Shown here: piece by piece, positions 1 through 10,485 of the stretch | Layout: the number at the start of each line of letters is the position of its first letter | How positions within the stretch are numbered: the first letter of the stretch is position 1 | DNA from: an uncultured Campylobacter sp. | GTDB lineage: Bacteria > Campylobacterota > Campylobacteria > Campylobacterales > Campylobacteraceae | Assembly (NCBI GenBank): GCA_963520005.1 | Contig: CAUQPS010000001.1 | Location: 51,703-115,702, forward strand | Length of the DNA: 64,000 nucleotides | Direction: 5' to 3' | Made by a program: the position numbers and the translations under genes | Notes under the pieces: generated by a model | What the model saw: only the letters and a program-made list of their open reading frames with translations | Database searches by the model: none | What the model was told of the DNA's origin: nothing

Positions 1-1
1 C

Positions 2-1666
2 AAATTTTATCACGTAAGCGACGCGCGCCCCTACGGCGGGGCATATTTGTACGACGTGTACTCGCTGTATCAAAACAAGGAGATGAGCGCGGATTTTGAG
101 ACGTGGCTTAGCAAAAACTACGAGGATCAGGCGGAATTTGCCGAAATTTACGCAGATATTTTGCGCGAGTTTGAAGAGGAAAAGGCGAAATTTAACTACG
201 CCGATTTCAACGACGTCTTACTAAAAATGCGCCATGAGCTGCAAAAGGGCGCGCCGCTACGGTTTGATGAAATTTTAGTGGACGAGTATCAGGACACAAA
301 CTCGCTGCAAGGAAGCCTCATCGATGCCTTTGCGACGAAAAGCCTTTTTTGCGTCGGCGATTTCGATCAGAGCATCTATGCCTTCAACGGCGCAAATATC
401 GACATCATCGGCAGCTTCGGTAAGCGCTTTGCGGACGCTAAAATTTACGCGCTGAATATCAACTACCGCTCAAGCTCGGCGATTTTGGCGCTTGCAAATC
501 GCGTCATCGCGAACAATCCGCGCCTTTACGAAAAGAAACTGATCGTAGGCCGCGAGGGTAAATTTAGCGCGCCTAAGCTGCATGTTTACGACGATACGGC
601 GGCGCAATACGCCCACGTAGCCGCACAGATCGCGCAAAGCGGCACCCCGCGCGAAAAGATCGCCGTCATCTTTCGCAACAACTCCAGCGCCGACGGCGTC
701 GAGGTTGCGCTTAAGGAGCTCGGCATCGGCGCGAAGCGAAAAGGCGGCGTGAGCTTTTTTGAAAGCCGCGAGATCAAGGCCTTTACGGACATTTTCGCGA
801 TGATAATAAACCCAAAAGATATGATGGCCTTTATGAGCACGTGCGAATACGCAAGAGGCGTCGGCAGCGCGCTAAGCAAGGAGCTTTTCGACGCACTAAT
901 CGCGCTTGGACACGGAAGCATTCACGCAGGGCTTTTGCGCCCCGACGAGAGCGTTAAAATTTTTGAAAAAAAGAGGAAAAACTACCAGCTCGGACTTTTT
1001 GACGATGTGGATATTATCGGCTCGGTATCGCGCTTTGAAACTTTGGAATTTGACGAGTTTTTTCGCTCGCATCCGGTTCTAAAACACAATAAAATCACCG
1101 AAGGAGGCGCCGTATTTTTGCACGAAATTTATAAAATTTTTAAAAAAAGCGGCTCAGCCGCGAGGTCTGCCACGCTCATCTCGCAGATCAAAAACTCTCG
1201 CCTTTTCGCGCTTGTGGCGGATTTTATCGCGACAAAGCGCGCGATGCTGAAAAACGGCAAGATAGACGATGAGCGCAAAAAGGACGAGATCTCCCGCATC
1301 TACGATAAATGCGGCATTTTAGAGCAGATCGCCGGTAAATACGCAGATCCGCAGAGCTTTTATAACTTCATAACTCTGGGCGCAAAGGAGATGAGCGAGG
1401 GCGAGGGGGTAAATCTGCTCAGCGTGCACGCAAGCAAGGGGCTCGAGTTTTGCAGCGTCTATCTCATCGATCTGGCGCAAAACCGCTTCCCGAACCTCAA
1501 GCTAATGGCGATGGGCGGCAGCTTGGAGGAGGAGCGGCGGCTCTTTTACGTGGCGGTCACCAGGGCGCGCGATGAGCTGGTGTTAAGCTACGCGAAATTT
1601 GATAAGATCAGAAAGATTAATTATGAGCCGAGCTGCTTTTTAAGGGAAGCGGGACTGGTGAAGTAA
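2..1666 (+). CDS. UvrD/Rep-family ATP-dependent DNA helicase (5'-truncated by window edge)
   Basis: Frame is open from position 2. SF1 motifs DEYQD, VGDFDQSIYAFNGA, NYRS, SVHASKGLEF, EERRLFYVAVTRA. Confidence 0.9.
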   Translation, partial: KFYHVSDARPYGGAYLYDVYSLYQNKEMSADFETWLSKNYEDQAEFAEIYADILREFEEEKAKFNYADFNDVLLKMRHELQKGAPLRFDEILVDEYQDTNSLQGSLIDAFATKSLFCVGDFDQSIYAFNGANIDIIGSFGKRFADAKIYALNINYRSSSAILALANRVIANNPRLYEKKLIVGREGKFSAPKLHVYDDTAAQYAHVAAQIAQSGTPREKIAVIFRNNSSADGVEVALKELGIGAKRKGGVSFFESREIKAFTDIFAMIINPKDMMAFMSTCEYARGVGSALSKELFDALIALGHGSIHAGLLRPDESVKIFEKKRKNYQLGLFDDVDIIGSVSRFETLEFDEFFRSHPVLKHNKITEGGAVFLHEIYKIFKKSGSAARSATLISQIKNSRLFALVADFIATKRAMLKNGKIDDERKKDEISRIYDKCGILEQIAGKYADPQSFYNFITLGAKEMSEGEGVNLLSVHASKGLEFCSVYLIDLAQNRFPNLKLMAMGGSLEEERRLFYVAVTRARDELVLSYAKFDKIRKINYEPSCFLREAGLVK

Positions 1667-2235
1667 GGCAAAATTTTGCTCGCTAAATTTGAAAATTTCA
1701 TTTTAGCGCGGGCGGATCGGTTGAGTAAGAATTTTACTCCCCGCATATGCCTGACGCGCCGCCCTGCTTCTTTATCGGATTGCTTGGTAAGAATTTTGCC
1801 GCACGATTTTTGTAAATTTTGCGATTTGTAATTTTTGCAGCGCGGACGTTGCGCAATATTTTGTAGCGGGCTAAAATTTGAAATTTCGATTACGCTCCGC
1901 TGCCGTGTTTTATACATCGCGGAGCTTAAATTTTATTTAATAAATTCCAAAATGCCGCAAATTCCACGACGAGTTAAAATTTTAAAGCGCATCAAATTTA
2001 CGGTGCTGCGAAATTTAAAATTTCACTACGTATTGCGCGCGCTGTAAAAAATACGTACCCTGCCAAATTTATTGCCGCGACGGAATTCCGCGTCGCCGCA
2101 ACCCGCATATTTATAAATAGATTTCGCGTCGCGTAAAATTCCATTGCCGGTAAAGTTTGCTGCCGATCAATTTATCGCCGGATAAAATGCTGTCCGCGCA
2201 AATTTGACGCAGCATAAAGTCCTTCGCCGCGTAAT

Positions 2236-2904
2236 TCACATCGTATTAAACACCCTATCCCCCGCGTCTCCAAGTCCCGGCACGATATATTTTTGCTCGT
2301 TTAGTCTCTCATCGATCGCCGCGGTAAAAACCTCGACCTGCGGGTAGATCTCGCTAAATCTATGAAGCCCCTCGGGCGCTGCGATGATGGAGATAAATTT
2401 GATCTTTTTGACGCCGTTTTTCAGCAGAAATTTCACCGCATCGATCGCCGTGCCGCCGGTCGCAAACATCGGATCGATGATGATTGCGGTGCGCTCTGCG
2501 GCGTCTGCGGGCAGCTTGGCGTAAAAAAACTCCGCCTGCGCGGTCTTTTCGTCGCGCTGAAAGCCTAAAAATCCCACGCTAGCGTCCGGCATGAGTTTAA
2601 ATACGCTATCTAGCATCCCCAGCGCGGCGCGCAAAATCGGGCAGATCATGATCTTTGTGGCGAGCTTATACGCGCTGGTTTGCGCCACGGGCGTATGCAC
2701 GCTCACCTCGCGCAGCGCCAGATCGCGCGTCGCCTCAAACATCATCAGGTAGCTGATCTCGTCGACGAGCATGCGGAACTGAAACGGATCGGTCCCCCGA
2801 TCGCGCAGGATCGTGAGCTTATGCTCGATCAGCGGGTGCTTGATCAGCCTTACGTTAGGCAGCTCGCACGCGGTTTGGTACGTACATTTTTGGCTTTGGC
2901 TCAT
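2236..2904 (-). CDS. upp: Uracil phosphoribosyltransferase
   Basis: HPLIEHKLT, PILRAALGM, PRPP-binding IIDPMFATGGT, C-terminal YIVPGLGDAGDR; AAGGAG RBS. Confidence 0.97.
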   Translation of the reverse strand: MSQSQKCTYQTACELPNVRLIKHPLIEHKLTILRDRGTDPFQFRMLVDEISYLMMFEATRDLALREVSVHTPVAQTSAYKLATKIMICPILRAALGMLDSVFKLMPDASVGFLGFQRDEKTAQAEFFYAKLPADAAERTAIIIDPMFATGGTAIDAVKFLLKNGVKKIKFISIIAAPEGLHRFSEIYPQVEVFTAAIDERLNEQKYIVPGLGDAGDRVFNTM

Positions 2905-3445
2905 TTTCTCTCCTTAAATTTACTGAATTTTGCGCCCTTAGGGGCATTTTGATCGTATGTTTTAGCGCGAGCTCTCGCGTCATGTCGCTGAAATTTTGCT
3001 GATAACGGCAACGCGATTTTAAATTTAGCTCATTTTAGCTCGCAATGCACGCGTTACGTTTAAATTTAACTCGGCGGCTCGCTTTAAATTTAGCGCTTTT
3101 AAAAACGCAGTGCTTTAAATTTAGCTTGCGCGTGCGCTTTTGATTTAGCCGCTATTTAAACAGGGCGCGCTTTCTATCGGCACCGAGCGCTACTTTTCGG
3201 CGAGCGCTCGCGGCGTAAATTTCATCTGCGAAATTATCGTCTGAGGCGGCTTTAAATTTACTTAATGCTCTCGCTCGTGAGCCAGATTTTAAAATTCCAG
3301 CTATCTTGCGCGCCGACAAAATTTTAATTTCACGCACGCCGATCGCCCCGCAAACGAGCTGAAATAAATCGGGCATATTCTCAAATTTAACTCGCCGCAA
3401 GCTGTTAAATTTTAACGTGCCGCGGGGCGATCAAATTTAACAGCC

Positions 3446-4039
3446 CTACTCCTTCACCACGCGCAGGAACGAATACACTTCCTGAACTCCCGGCGCGTGC
3501 GTCGCATACCAGATCGCGTGCTTTTCGTGCTCGATGTCGCTCACCACGCCGCTAAATACCACGTCGCAGCCCACGATCGCCACGCGCACCGCAGTGCCAG
3601 AAACGTCGGTATCGGAAAAGAGATTTTTCTTTAAATTTGCAAAAATTTCAAACGAATTGCACGGATATTCGGGCTTTTTGACGCGCAGATAGGTATGCAC
3701 GCGCTGCACGCCTTCGGTTTGTCTAGCTAAAGCAAGCAGCGGCTCGCGCATCGCTTCGCTATCCAGCAGCCCGATGAGATAGACCTCGCCATAGAAGCAC
3801 TCGACCTCCAGATCCCAGCTGCTAAGGCCTTTGGTAAATAGAATTTTGCTTTGGATTTTAGTCTGGATGAGCTTGTCGCTAGCGACCTCGCTCACGCTGC
3901 GGCGGTCGCGCGCTACAGAGTAGATATCATATACGCTAAGCGCGTTGCCCGCGGGCGCCAGCGGAGCCGCGCACGAGCTAAAAAGCACCGCGCTCGCGCT
4001 CAAAAACACTGCTAAAATCGCTAGAAACAAAACCCTCAA
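3446..4039 (-). CDS. BON-domain lipoprotein (two BON domains, DolP/OsmY-like)
   Basis: Signal peptide with lipobox-like FSSC; two BON-like repeats (D..IQTKI...GEVYLIG...EGVQRV; VVFSGVV...PGVQEV). Confidence 0.75.
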   Translation of the reverse strand: MRVLFLAILAVFLSASAVLFSSCAAPLAPAGNALSVYDIYSVARDRRSVSEVASDKLIQTKIQSKILFTKGLSSWDLEVECFYGEVYLIGLLDSEAMREPLLALARQTEGVQRVHTYLRVKKPEYPCNSFEIFANLKKNLFSDTDVSGTAVRVAIVGCDVVFSGVVSDIEHEKHAIWYATHAPGVQEVYSFLRVVKE

Positions 4040-4419
4040 ACCCTCTCCAATCTCGTTTGATTTCTAATTATCTCAAGCCGGCTACCGGCTCCGCTTTTTA
4101 AATTTAGCCCCGCAGGCGCCATTTTGCCGCAGCTTGAAATTTTGCTCCGTAAAATTCCGCCTAAACCGCACGCTGCAAAATTTTACAATTAAAATTTTAA
4201 AATTTACGTTGCAATTCCCGCAGCTTGCGGAATTCTAAGTTTTCTTCGCTGCGAAATTTCACGAGCAGTATTCATCGTCATAATTTTACCTAGTTGAATT
4301 TTTAATTGCAAAATTTGCCGCTGCAATAAATTCTACTGGGTAAAATTTCTTGCAGCGGAATTCGCCACTGTAAAATTTTATATTACAAAACCCGCGCCCA
4401 AAATTCCGCCCGGTCGCAG

Positions 4420-5186
4420 CTAATTCGTCGTAAGTCCGCCGTCTATCGCAAATATCGCGCCGCTGACCCATTTCGCCTCGTCCGACGCCAAAAACACCGC
4501 CGCATCGCCAATGTCCTGCGTGCTGCCGATTTTGCCGAGCGGATAGATATTTTTTACCATCTGCTCAAACGCCTCGCGTCCCTGCGGGCTAAGCGCGCTT
4601 AAATTTCGCTCAAACTGCGGCGTTAGAACGCTCCCGGGCGTTATGGCGTTGACGCGTACGCCGAGTTTGCCGACCTCGAAGGCAAGCGATTTAGTGAAAG
4701 AATTTAGCGCGCCTTTGGTGATCGAATACGCCGTCGTGGTGCGCCCCACGAGCATTCGGTTCGCAAAATACGACGAGATATTGATCACGCAGCCCTTGCT
4801 AGTCGCAAGTGCGCCCAAAAGCCCCTGAGTAAGTAGATAGGGTGCTTTGACGTTTAGGTTTAGATGAGCGTCCAGCAGCGCTTCATCGGTCGCCTCAAAC
4901 GGTACGAATTTCCCTAGTCCGGCGTTATTTACTAGGATATCTATCTTGGGAGATTGCGCTAAAATGCGCTCGCAAAGACCTTTTATCGTTTTGCTTTGCG
5001 CCAAATCCGCCTCTATCGCGTAAGCTTTCACGCCGTAACCGCCCAAGGCCTCCTGCGCGATTTTTAATTTCTCCACGCTTCTGCCAAGCAGGATCAAATT
5101 TGCGCCCTCTTCGGCAAAACACTTTGCGATGCCAAGCCCTATGCCGCCCCCGTAGTTACGGCGGTTTTACCCTCTAATCGTTTCAT
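4420..5186 (-). pseudogene. Short-chain dehydrogenase/reductase (SDR), frameshifted in the TGxxxGxG motif
   Basis: RBS AAGGA and ATG at 5186 give MKRLEGKTAVTTGAA then TAG (5139-5141). The other frame continues GGIGLGIAKCFAEEGANLILLGRS into an SDR body with NNAG, YSITK, VRVNAITPG, IDGG. Confidence 0.8.
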
Positions 5187-5444
5187 ACTTTTCCTTTCAA
5201 TGCGTAAATTTATGCTCTAAAAATTTGAGCGAGACTTACGGATCTTGCAAACTTCGAAATTTTGCAGGCTTTAAAATTTCGCTCGCTTTAAAATTTTGCG
5301 GCGAAGCGAAGTTTCGTCGATAAAATTTTACTAATTTTAAAATTCTATCGATAAAATTTCACGGCAAAATTCCATCGTAAAGCTAGCGGCGAAATTCCAT
5401 CGGGAATTTCATCCGTAAATTCCACCCAAACTGCGCCGCTTGTC

Positions 5445-5813
5445 TTACAGCACCTGTTTTACGCTACTAGCCGTGATTTCAAGTAGCCTCGTAGCAAACG
5501 GAAATTTCGCCTTCGTTTCCTCAAACTCCGCACCGTTATCCATAAAGCGCGCCGTGCCCTTCACTACAAAGCCGCGCCCTGCGCCGAACCTGCCTGCTAG
5601 CTCCTTTGTAGCGACGCTAAGCTCGACGTTTGGATTTGCCTCCACGTTGCTTTGCGTCTTTTTCATACCCGCAGCCGGAATGAGGATGCGATCACCTTTA
5701 ATGACTAGATATCTGTTCCATGTGTTGCTGATGTGAGCTTCGCCGTGCGCGCAGGTAGCGATACCTACGGCGCATTCATAATTCAAAATCTCCAAAAATT
5801 CCTTGCTAAACAT
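5445..5813 (-). CDS. FMN-binding split-barrel protein (pyridoxamine 5'-phosphate oxidase family)
   Basis: AHISNTWN, LIPAAGMKKTQSNVEANP, GRGFVVKGTARF signature; AAGGAG RBS. Confidence 0.8.
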   Translation of the reverse strand: MFSKEFLEILNYECAVGIATCAHGEAHISNTWNRYLVIKGDRILIPAAGMKKTQSNVEANPNVELSVATKELAGRFGAGRGFVVKGTARFMDNGAEFEETKAKFPFATRLLEITASSVKQVL

Positions 5814-5913
5814 TTTCTCTCCTTAAATTTACGTTTCTAAAGCTCGCGATTTTGGCTGACAAGCCCCGCACGCAACTGAAATTCTAACTGCCTCCCGCCG
5901 CTTTCCGCTGCGG

Positions 5914-6594
5914 TTAAATTTTATATTTCAAAAGCGCCTCCTTGTCAGCTTTGCTTACGCGGAAACTATCGTGGATCTTCGATATCGCCTTGTTTTGAAT
6001 AAATTTAACCGCCCGCTTGCTCGCCAAAAACGCAAGCGTGATCTCGCGCTGTTTGATAAACATCTCGGCTATCACCCACGCCGCGCCCATCTGCACGTAG
6101 TACCGCTCGTCGCTTTCGGCGGCGCAAATTTCAAAAAATTCCTTAGGCGAGATCGCGTCCATATTTTGCATAAAATAAACGTAGAAAAATCGCCTCTCAA
6201 ACTCGTCCGTGCCGCCCTTAGCCTGCTTTAGCAGCGCGTCCGCGAAAGCGGCGCCCCTGAATTTCGGAGCGAACATATCGCAAACCGCCCAATTAGGCAT
6301 CGTTTTGATAAAATCGCTCGCAAGGGTAAATTTCGTCTCATCCTGCTCCAAAAGCATTATGAAAAAGCCCTTTAGCACAAACTCCTCGTGAAAAATGGGC
6401 TCGTAATTTTGCAGCTTGTGCCACGCCTCGTCCGCTCCGCCCAAAGCGGCGAAGCTTTTGCGAGCAAGCGCGCGCAGTGCGGGAGTGCGTACGCCTAAAA
6501 TCTGCGGCGCGGGTATCAGGCGCTTTGAAAATTGCGCGAACTTCTCCTCGCTTAGCTCTCGCAGCTGCCCTAGCATCTTTTCTCGTAAATCCAT
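5914..6594 (-). CDS. DNA alkylation repair protein (AlkD-like HEAT-repeat)
   Basis: LGVRTPALR, NWAVCD, YYVQMGAAW, NKAISKIHDSFRVS motifs. Confidence 0.8.
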   Translation of the reverse strand: MDLREKMLGQLRELSEEKFAQFSKRLIPAPQILGVRTPALRALARKSFAALGGADEAWHKLQNYEPIFHEEFVLKGFFIMLLEQDETKFTLASDFIKTMPNWAVCDMFAPKFRGAAFADALLKQAKGGTDEFERRFFYVYFMQNMDAISPKEFFEICAAESDERYYVQMGAAWVIAEMFIKQREITLAFLASKRAVKFIQNKAISKIHDSFRVSKADKEALLKYKI

Positions 6595-6846
6595 AACTTT
6601 CCTTTAAATTTGATCGTAAATTTAATCGCGCGCAAGATTGCGATTTTATAATGGTGCGCCGAAATTTAGCCGCACAGGACTTTTATTTAAACAGATCCGC
6701 GCCGTATCCACTCAAACCAATCGCCTATCGGGTCGCGCACTACTTTAAAATCGCGCCCCACCCGCTCAAAATCTTTTGTCTAAAAATACGCCTGCTAAAT
6801 CGCGCCGTATGCCTCAGAGCAGAGCAAGCCGTATCGCTAAAGCCGC

Positions 6847-8643
6847 TTAAATAAAGCTCGGCGCGTCGTTTGAAAACAAAATTAGATCGCCGCTGTGCGT
6901 ATTTTCGCTCAAAACCCGCTGCAAATCGCGCTTGTCTTTCAAAACGATAGTCTTTGCTGGACTAATCTTGCTTTGCAGCACCTCAGAATTTAGCTCGCCC
7001 GTGATGATCGCGAGATCAAAAATTTCATCGATCTTGGCAGCGAGCGTCTCGTTGTCCTCGCGCGTGCTCTCGACGATGCCCGGCGTGATGATGACCTTGC
7101 GGCCGCCGTAGCTTCGCATCAGCTCGTAGCTTTGCAGCATGCCGCTTAGATTGCCGTTGAAGCTATCGTCGATGATGATCTTGCCGCCCGCATCGAGCCG
7201 CGCGAGGCGGTGCTCGACGGCGCTGACGTGTGCGACGCGGCTTTTGATCTTATCTGTGCTAAGCCCTAAAAATCGCGCGATCTTTATGCACGCGGCGAGA
7301 TTTGCAGCGTTAAATTTACCCAAAATCGGCGCAAAAAACTCATGTCTCTCGCATAGTTCTCTCCGCTCGTTTAAAATTTTACGCTCACTCAAAGCTTCTT
7401 GCGTGCCCTGCTCTTTGACGTTACAAATTTTATCGTCGCTAGCGGCACGGGCGGCTTGTTCGTAAAATTCTTGCTCGCTTTGTTCGGCGCAGGGCATGGA
7501 ATTTGCATCGTCAAAATCGGCGCCGTAATTTTTAGAATTTTTGTCTTTTTCCGCACATGCCGCACTGCTTGCATCTAAGCTCAAATCGCCCTGCCCTTCG
7601 CCTTCTACGGCGGATGTTTCTGCGCGCGGCACGGAATTTCCACCGCTTGCGAGGGGCTCATTCTCGCTCAAGCTAAGGCTAAATTTTATTCCGTCCAGAT
7701 CCGCACCGTGGATTTCCAGCCCCTCGTCATAGATAGTGACGCACTCGCTCGGGCTTTTTTGCGTGCAGCTGTGCAAAAACGCATGCTTTAGCCGCGCGCT
7801 TGTGAGCGCTTCGAGCTTGGTTTTGCGGATGTTTTCGATGCTTTTGAAATACTCGATGTGTTGCGCGCCGATCTCGCCCACGACGACGATCTGCGGCGCC
7901 AAAAACTCGGTGATCTCGGCGATATCGCCGCTTAGCCTGGCACCCGCCTCGGCGATGTATATCTGCGTATCTGCGGGTAGCGCCTCGTTTACGTCGCGCA
8001 CTAACCCTGCTAGCGTGTTTACCGAGCGCGGCGTCTTGTAGCAGCGAAAGTCGTTTTTTAAAATTTGATACAAGAAGTTTTTAATGCTCGTCTTGCCGTA
8101 GCTCGCGGTGATCTGAATGATCGTAAGCGAGGGCACCTGGGCTAGTTTTTTGCGCGCGGCGGCCTTAAATTTCGCAGCCTGCGCCCGCTCGTAAGCAAAA
8201 CTCGCCGCAAGGCCCGCGCCAAGCGGTAAAAATATCGGCAAAATCGGGCCTCCCGCGGCATAAAACGCGGCGTTAAAGCTAAACACACAAACCGCCAAAA
8301 TCGCAAAAAATCGCTTCACACGCGGCGTAAAGACGAGCTTTTTATCTAGCCCTCTTTGCCAAAAATAAAGCGCTAGCGCATAGACCGCGACGATTAGAAT
8401 TTTAGCGGCGCGCAAGGCATAGAGGGACGCGGCGCCGAATTTAGCCGCGCAGAGGCTCGCCGCGATCTCGCAGCTAAGATACGCCGCTAGCGGCAGTAGC
8501 AAAAAATATACATGCCACGCGGACTTGGTAAAGTGAAAGATTATGCGCGCGGGCTTGTACGAAAACCACTGCAGGCAGGTGATCAGATAAAAGCCCAGCA
8601 GTAGGACGAATGCCGCGTGCGCGATCAAAAATATTATATTCAT
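6847..8643 (-). CDS. murF: Mur ligase MurF (Campylobacter-type, N-terminal membrane segment) with internal low-complexity insertion
   Basis: ITASYGKTS, TPRSVNT, EAGAR, IIDDSFNGN motifs; lies downstream of ddl. Confidence 0.85.
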   Translation of the reverse strand: MNIIFLIAHAAFVLLLGFYLITCLQWFSYKPARIIFHFTKSAWHVYFLLLPLAAYLSCEIAASLCAAKFGAASLYALRAAKILIVAVYALALYFWQRGLDKKLVFTPRVKRFFAILAVCVFSFNAAFYAAGGPILPIFLPLGAGLAASFAYERAQAAKFKAAARKKLAQVPSLTIIQITASYGKTSIKNFLYQILKNDFRCYKTPRSVNTLAGLVRDVNEALPADTQIYIAEAGARLSGDIAEITEFLAPQIVVVGEIGAQHIEYFKSIENIRKTKLEALTSARLKHAFLHSCTQKSPSECVTIYDEGLEIHGADLDGIKFSLSLSENEPLASGGNSVPRAETSAVEGEGQGDLSLDASSAACAEKDKNSKNYGADFDDANSMPCAEQSEQEFYEQAARAASDDKICNVKEQGTQEALSERKILNERRELCERHEFFAPILGKFNAANLAACIKIARFLGLSTDKIKSRVAHVSAVEHRLARLDAGGKIIIDDSFNGNLSGMLQSYELMRSYGGRKVIITPGIVESTREDNETLAAKIDEIFDLAIITGELNSEVLQSKISPAKTIVLKDKRDLQRVLSENTHSGDLILFSNDAPSFI

Positions 8644-9485
8644 CTTTTAAAATTCCTTTTTATAAATTTGCGCGCCCGCTTTGCAAGCCTGTGCGGGCAA
8701 ACGCGGCGAGCTCGGGCTAACCGGCATTCGACTTCATTTGCAAATTTTACGAATTCTCGCTTTGCAAATTCTATTTTTGCAAACTTCGCTAGCTCATAAA
8801 TTCACGCGCTCGCAAAAGCTGCACGAGCCGTGCTAGATAAATTTACGCTGCTGCGCGCTGCGTCTGCGTTTTCGATACCGCTCCGCGTTCATCTCTCCGC
8901 GACCTGAAATTTTCGCACGATGCGTATCTTGCGACATCGCGCCCTATCTCGCGCGATGATTTGCATCATTTGCGGCATATAGGCCTTCTGTCGCGGCGAA
9001 TACATGACGCGGTTATGCGACTAAATTTAATTACTCGATTTGCGGTGCACATACACGGTTTTGCCGCGTCATGCACGGCTGCCGCAAACACAAAGCGGAA
9101 ACGATCCGCTACGGCGTAAAATTTTAAAATTTAACGCGGCACGCCGCAATTTGAGCTTTGCGTTTTATACTACGCGCCCAAAGAGCGTATTTTACACCGC
9201 TAAATTTTAAATATATGCCACATACGCGCGGCTTTATAATCTAAATTTGCGCTTCGGTTCGCGATCTTTGCGCAAACACTCCGCAAAATTTTAAAACGCG
9301 AGCGAACTGCACTAAAGTGCCGCATTGAAATGCTTTTTAAAATGCGCCCGCTCTTGCTTTTCGCGCGATCTGTTTTTGCATCTAAAGCGCGATTTTTAGC
9401 GGCGCTAAAATTTCACGGCTAAATTTTAAAATTTACACAAAATCGCGTTTCGCTTTAAATTTAGCGCAGCGCCGAATCGTTAAAT

Positions 9486-10217
9486 TTATCTGCCGCCAAG
9501 CTCCTTTTCAATCTGCTCGCCGATAAAATCCGCGCTCTGCAAAAAGAAAAAGTGATCCCCCGCCAGCGGATAAAATTTGCTATTTTTGACGAGCGAGTGG
9601 ATCAGCTCGCCGCTTTTTAGGCTAGTGGCGCGATCGTCCTTGCCCCAAAAAATGAGCGCATTTTGCGGGCTTAGCGCGGAAAAAATATCGCGAAAGTCCT
9701 CATTTACGACATTTTTTAGCGTCTCATACATCGTTTTGCTCATACCTGCGGCGTCCTTGCTCGCAAACGCGCGCCAAAGCCCCGCCAGTCCAAGTCTTTT
9801 TAAAATTTTAAAAATTGCGATTTTGGCGCGCACGGCAAAGGGCTTGGGTTCGATGATACCGGCGCTGCTTAGCAGTATGAGATTGCGCGGAGCTAGCAAT
9901 GCAGCGATCTTGCCGCCGAAGCTGTGCCCCATGATCGCTGTGGGCTGCTTGCCGAAAGCTGCGATAAAGGCACGCATAATTTCCGCGTAATCCTCGCTGC
10001 CAAGGGCGCGCACGGGCTGCGAGCTGGCGCCAAATCCCGGCAGATCGACGCACACTATCGCGTAACGGCGGAATTTGTCCGCAAAAATCCGAGACATAAG
10101 CGCCTTGTTTGCTCCCCAACCGTGCAGCACCAAAATATATTCGGCATGCTGCAAATTTGAAATTTCGTAGCTGATTTTGTAGCTCTCGCCGCCGCAGACG
10201 AGCTCCTTACTCGCCAC
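9486..10217 (-). CDS. Alpha/beta-fold hydrolase
   Basis: LHGWG, DLPGFG, GHSFG nucleophile elbow, WGKDD and GDH catalytic residues. Start reassigned to a GTG after AAGGAG. Confidence 0.85.
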   Translation of the reverse strand: MASKELVCGGESYKISYEISNLQHAEYILVLHGWGANKALMSRIFADKFRRYAIVCVDLPGFGASSQPVRALGSEDYAEIMRAFIAAFGKQPTAIMGHSFGGKIAALLAPRNLILLSSAGIIEPKPFAVRAKIAIFKILKRLGLAGLWRAFASKDAAGMSKTMYETLKNVVNEDFRDIFSALSPQNALIFWGKDDRATSLKSGELIHSLVKNSKFYPLAGDHFFFLQSADFIGEQIEKELGGR

Positions 10218-10425
10218 CACCGCTCCTTTTGGCGTAAACGGCCTTGAGTAGCTCGACTGCTTTTTCGAGCCGCTCAAACTCGCTCATACTGATCATCACG
10301 GCTTCGAATTTGTTGTTTTTGACGATCAGGGCTTTTTTGATCTCTTGGTTTTTGATCTTGTTTAAAACGGTGCTGAAGTTGCGCACGATCTCGGTAGCGG
10401 TGTAAATTTCGTCTTGATTTATCAT
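10207..10425 (-). CDS. Phd/YefM-family antitoxin-like protein (no adjacent toxin)
   Basis: IYTATEIVRNFSTVL...IVKNNKFEAVMISMSEFE Phd pattern. Confidence 0.8.
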   Translation of the reverse strand: MINQDEIYTATEIVRNFSTVLNKIKNQEIKKALIVKNNKFEAVMISMSEFERLEKAVELLKAVYAKRSGGGE

Positions 10426-10485
10426 AACTCGACCTTTTAGAGTAAAATTTTACGCAAAATTTAGCGTAAAATTTTAAACGATTGG

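Noticed and set aside
1621..2047. Short ORFs in the helicase-upp spacer, and similar ones at 3152-3400, 18865-19421, 21686-21913, 27983-28168, 29955-30227, 40011-40886 and 54993-55818
   Set aside because: K/F/I/L/R/A-rich translations of the AAATTT/GCGC filler with no RBS or recognisable motifs; treated as spurious.
5147..5151. Phase-variable poly-G switch in the SDR gene
   Set aside because: Only 5 G, and a single-base gain would still leave the TGxxxGxG motif two residues short.
8737..8783. Three TTTGCAAA palindromes upstream of murF as a regulator operator
   Set aside because: Irregular spacing and similarity to the other locally amplified spacer words; no independent support.
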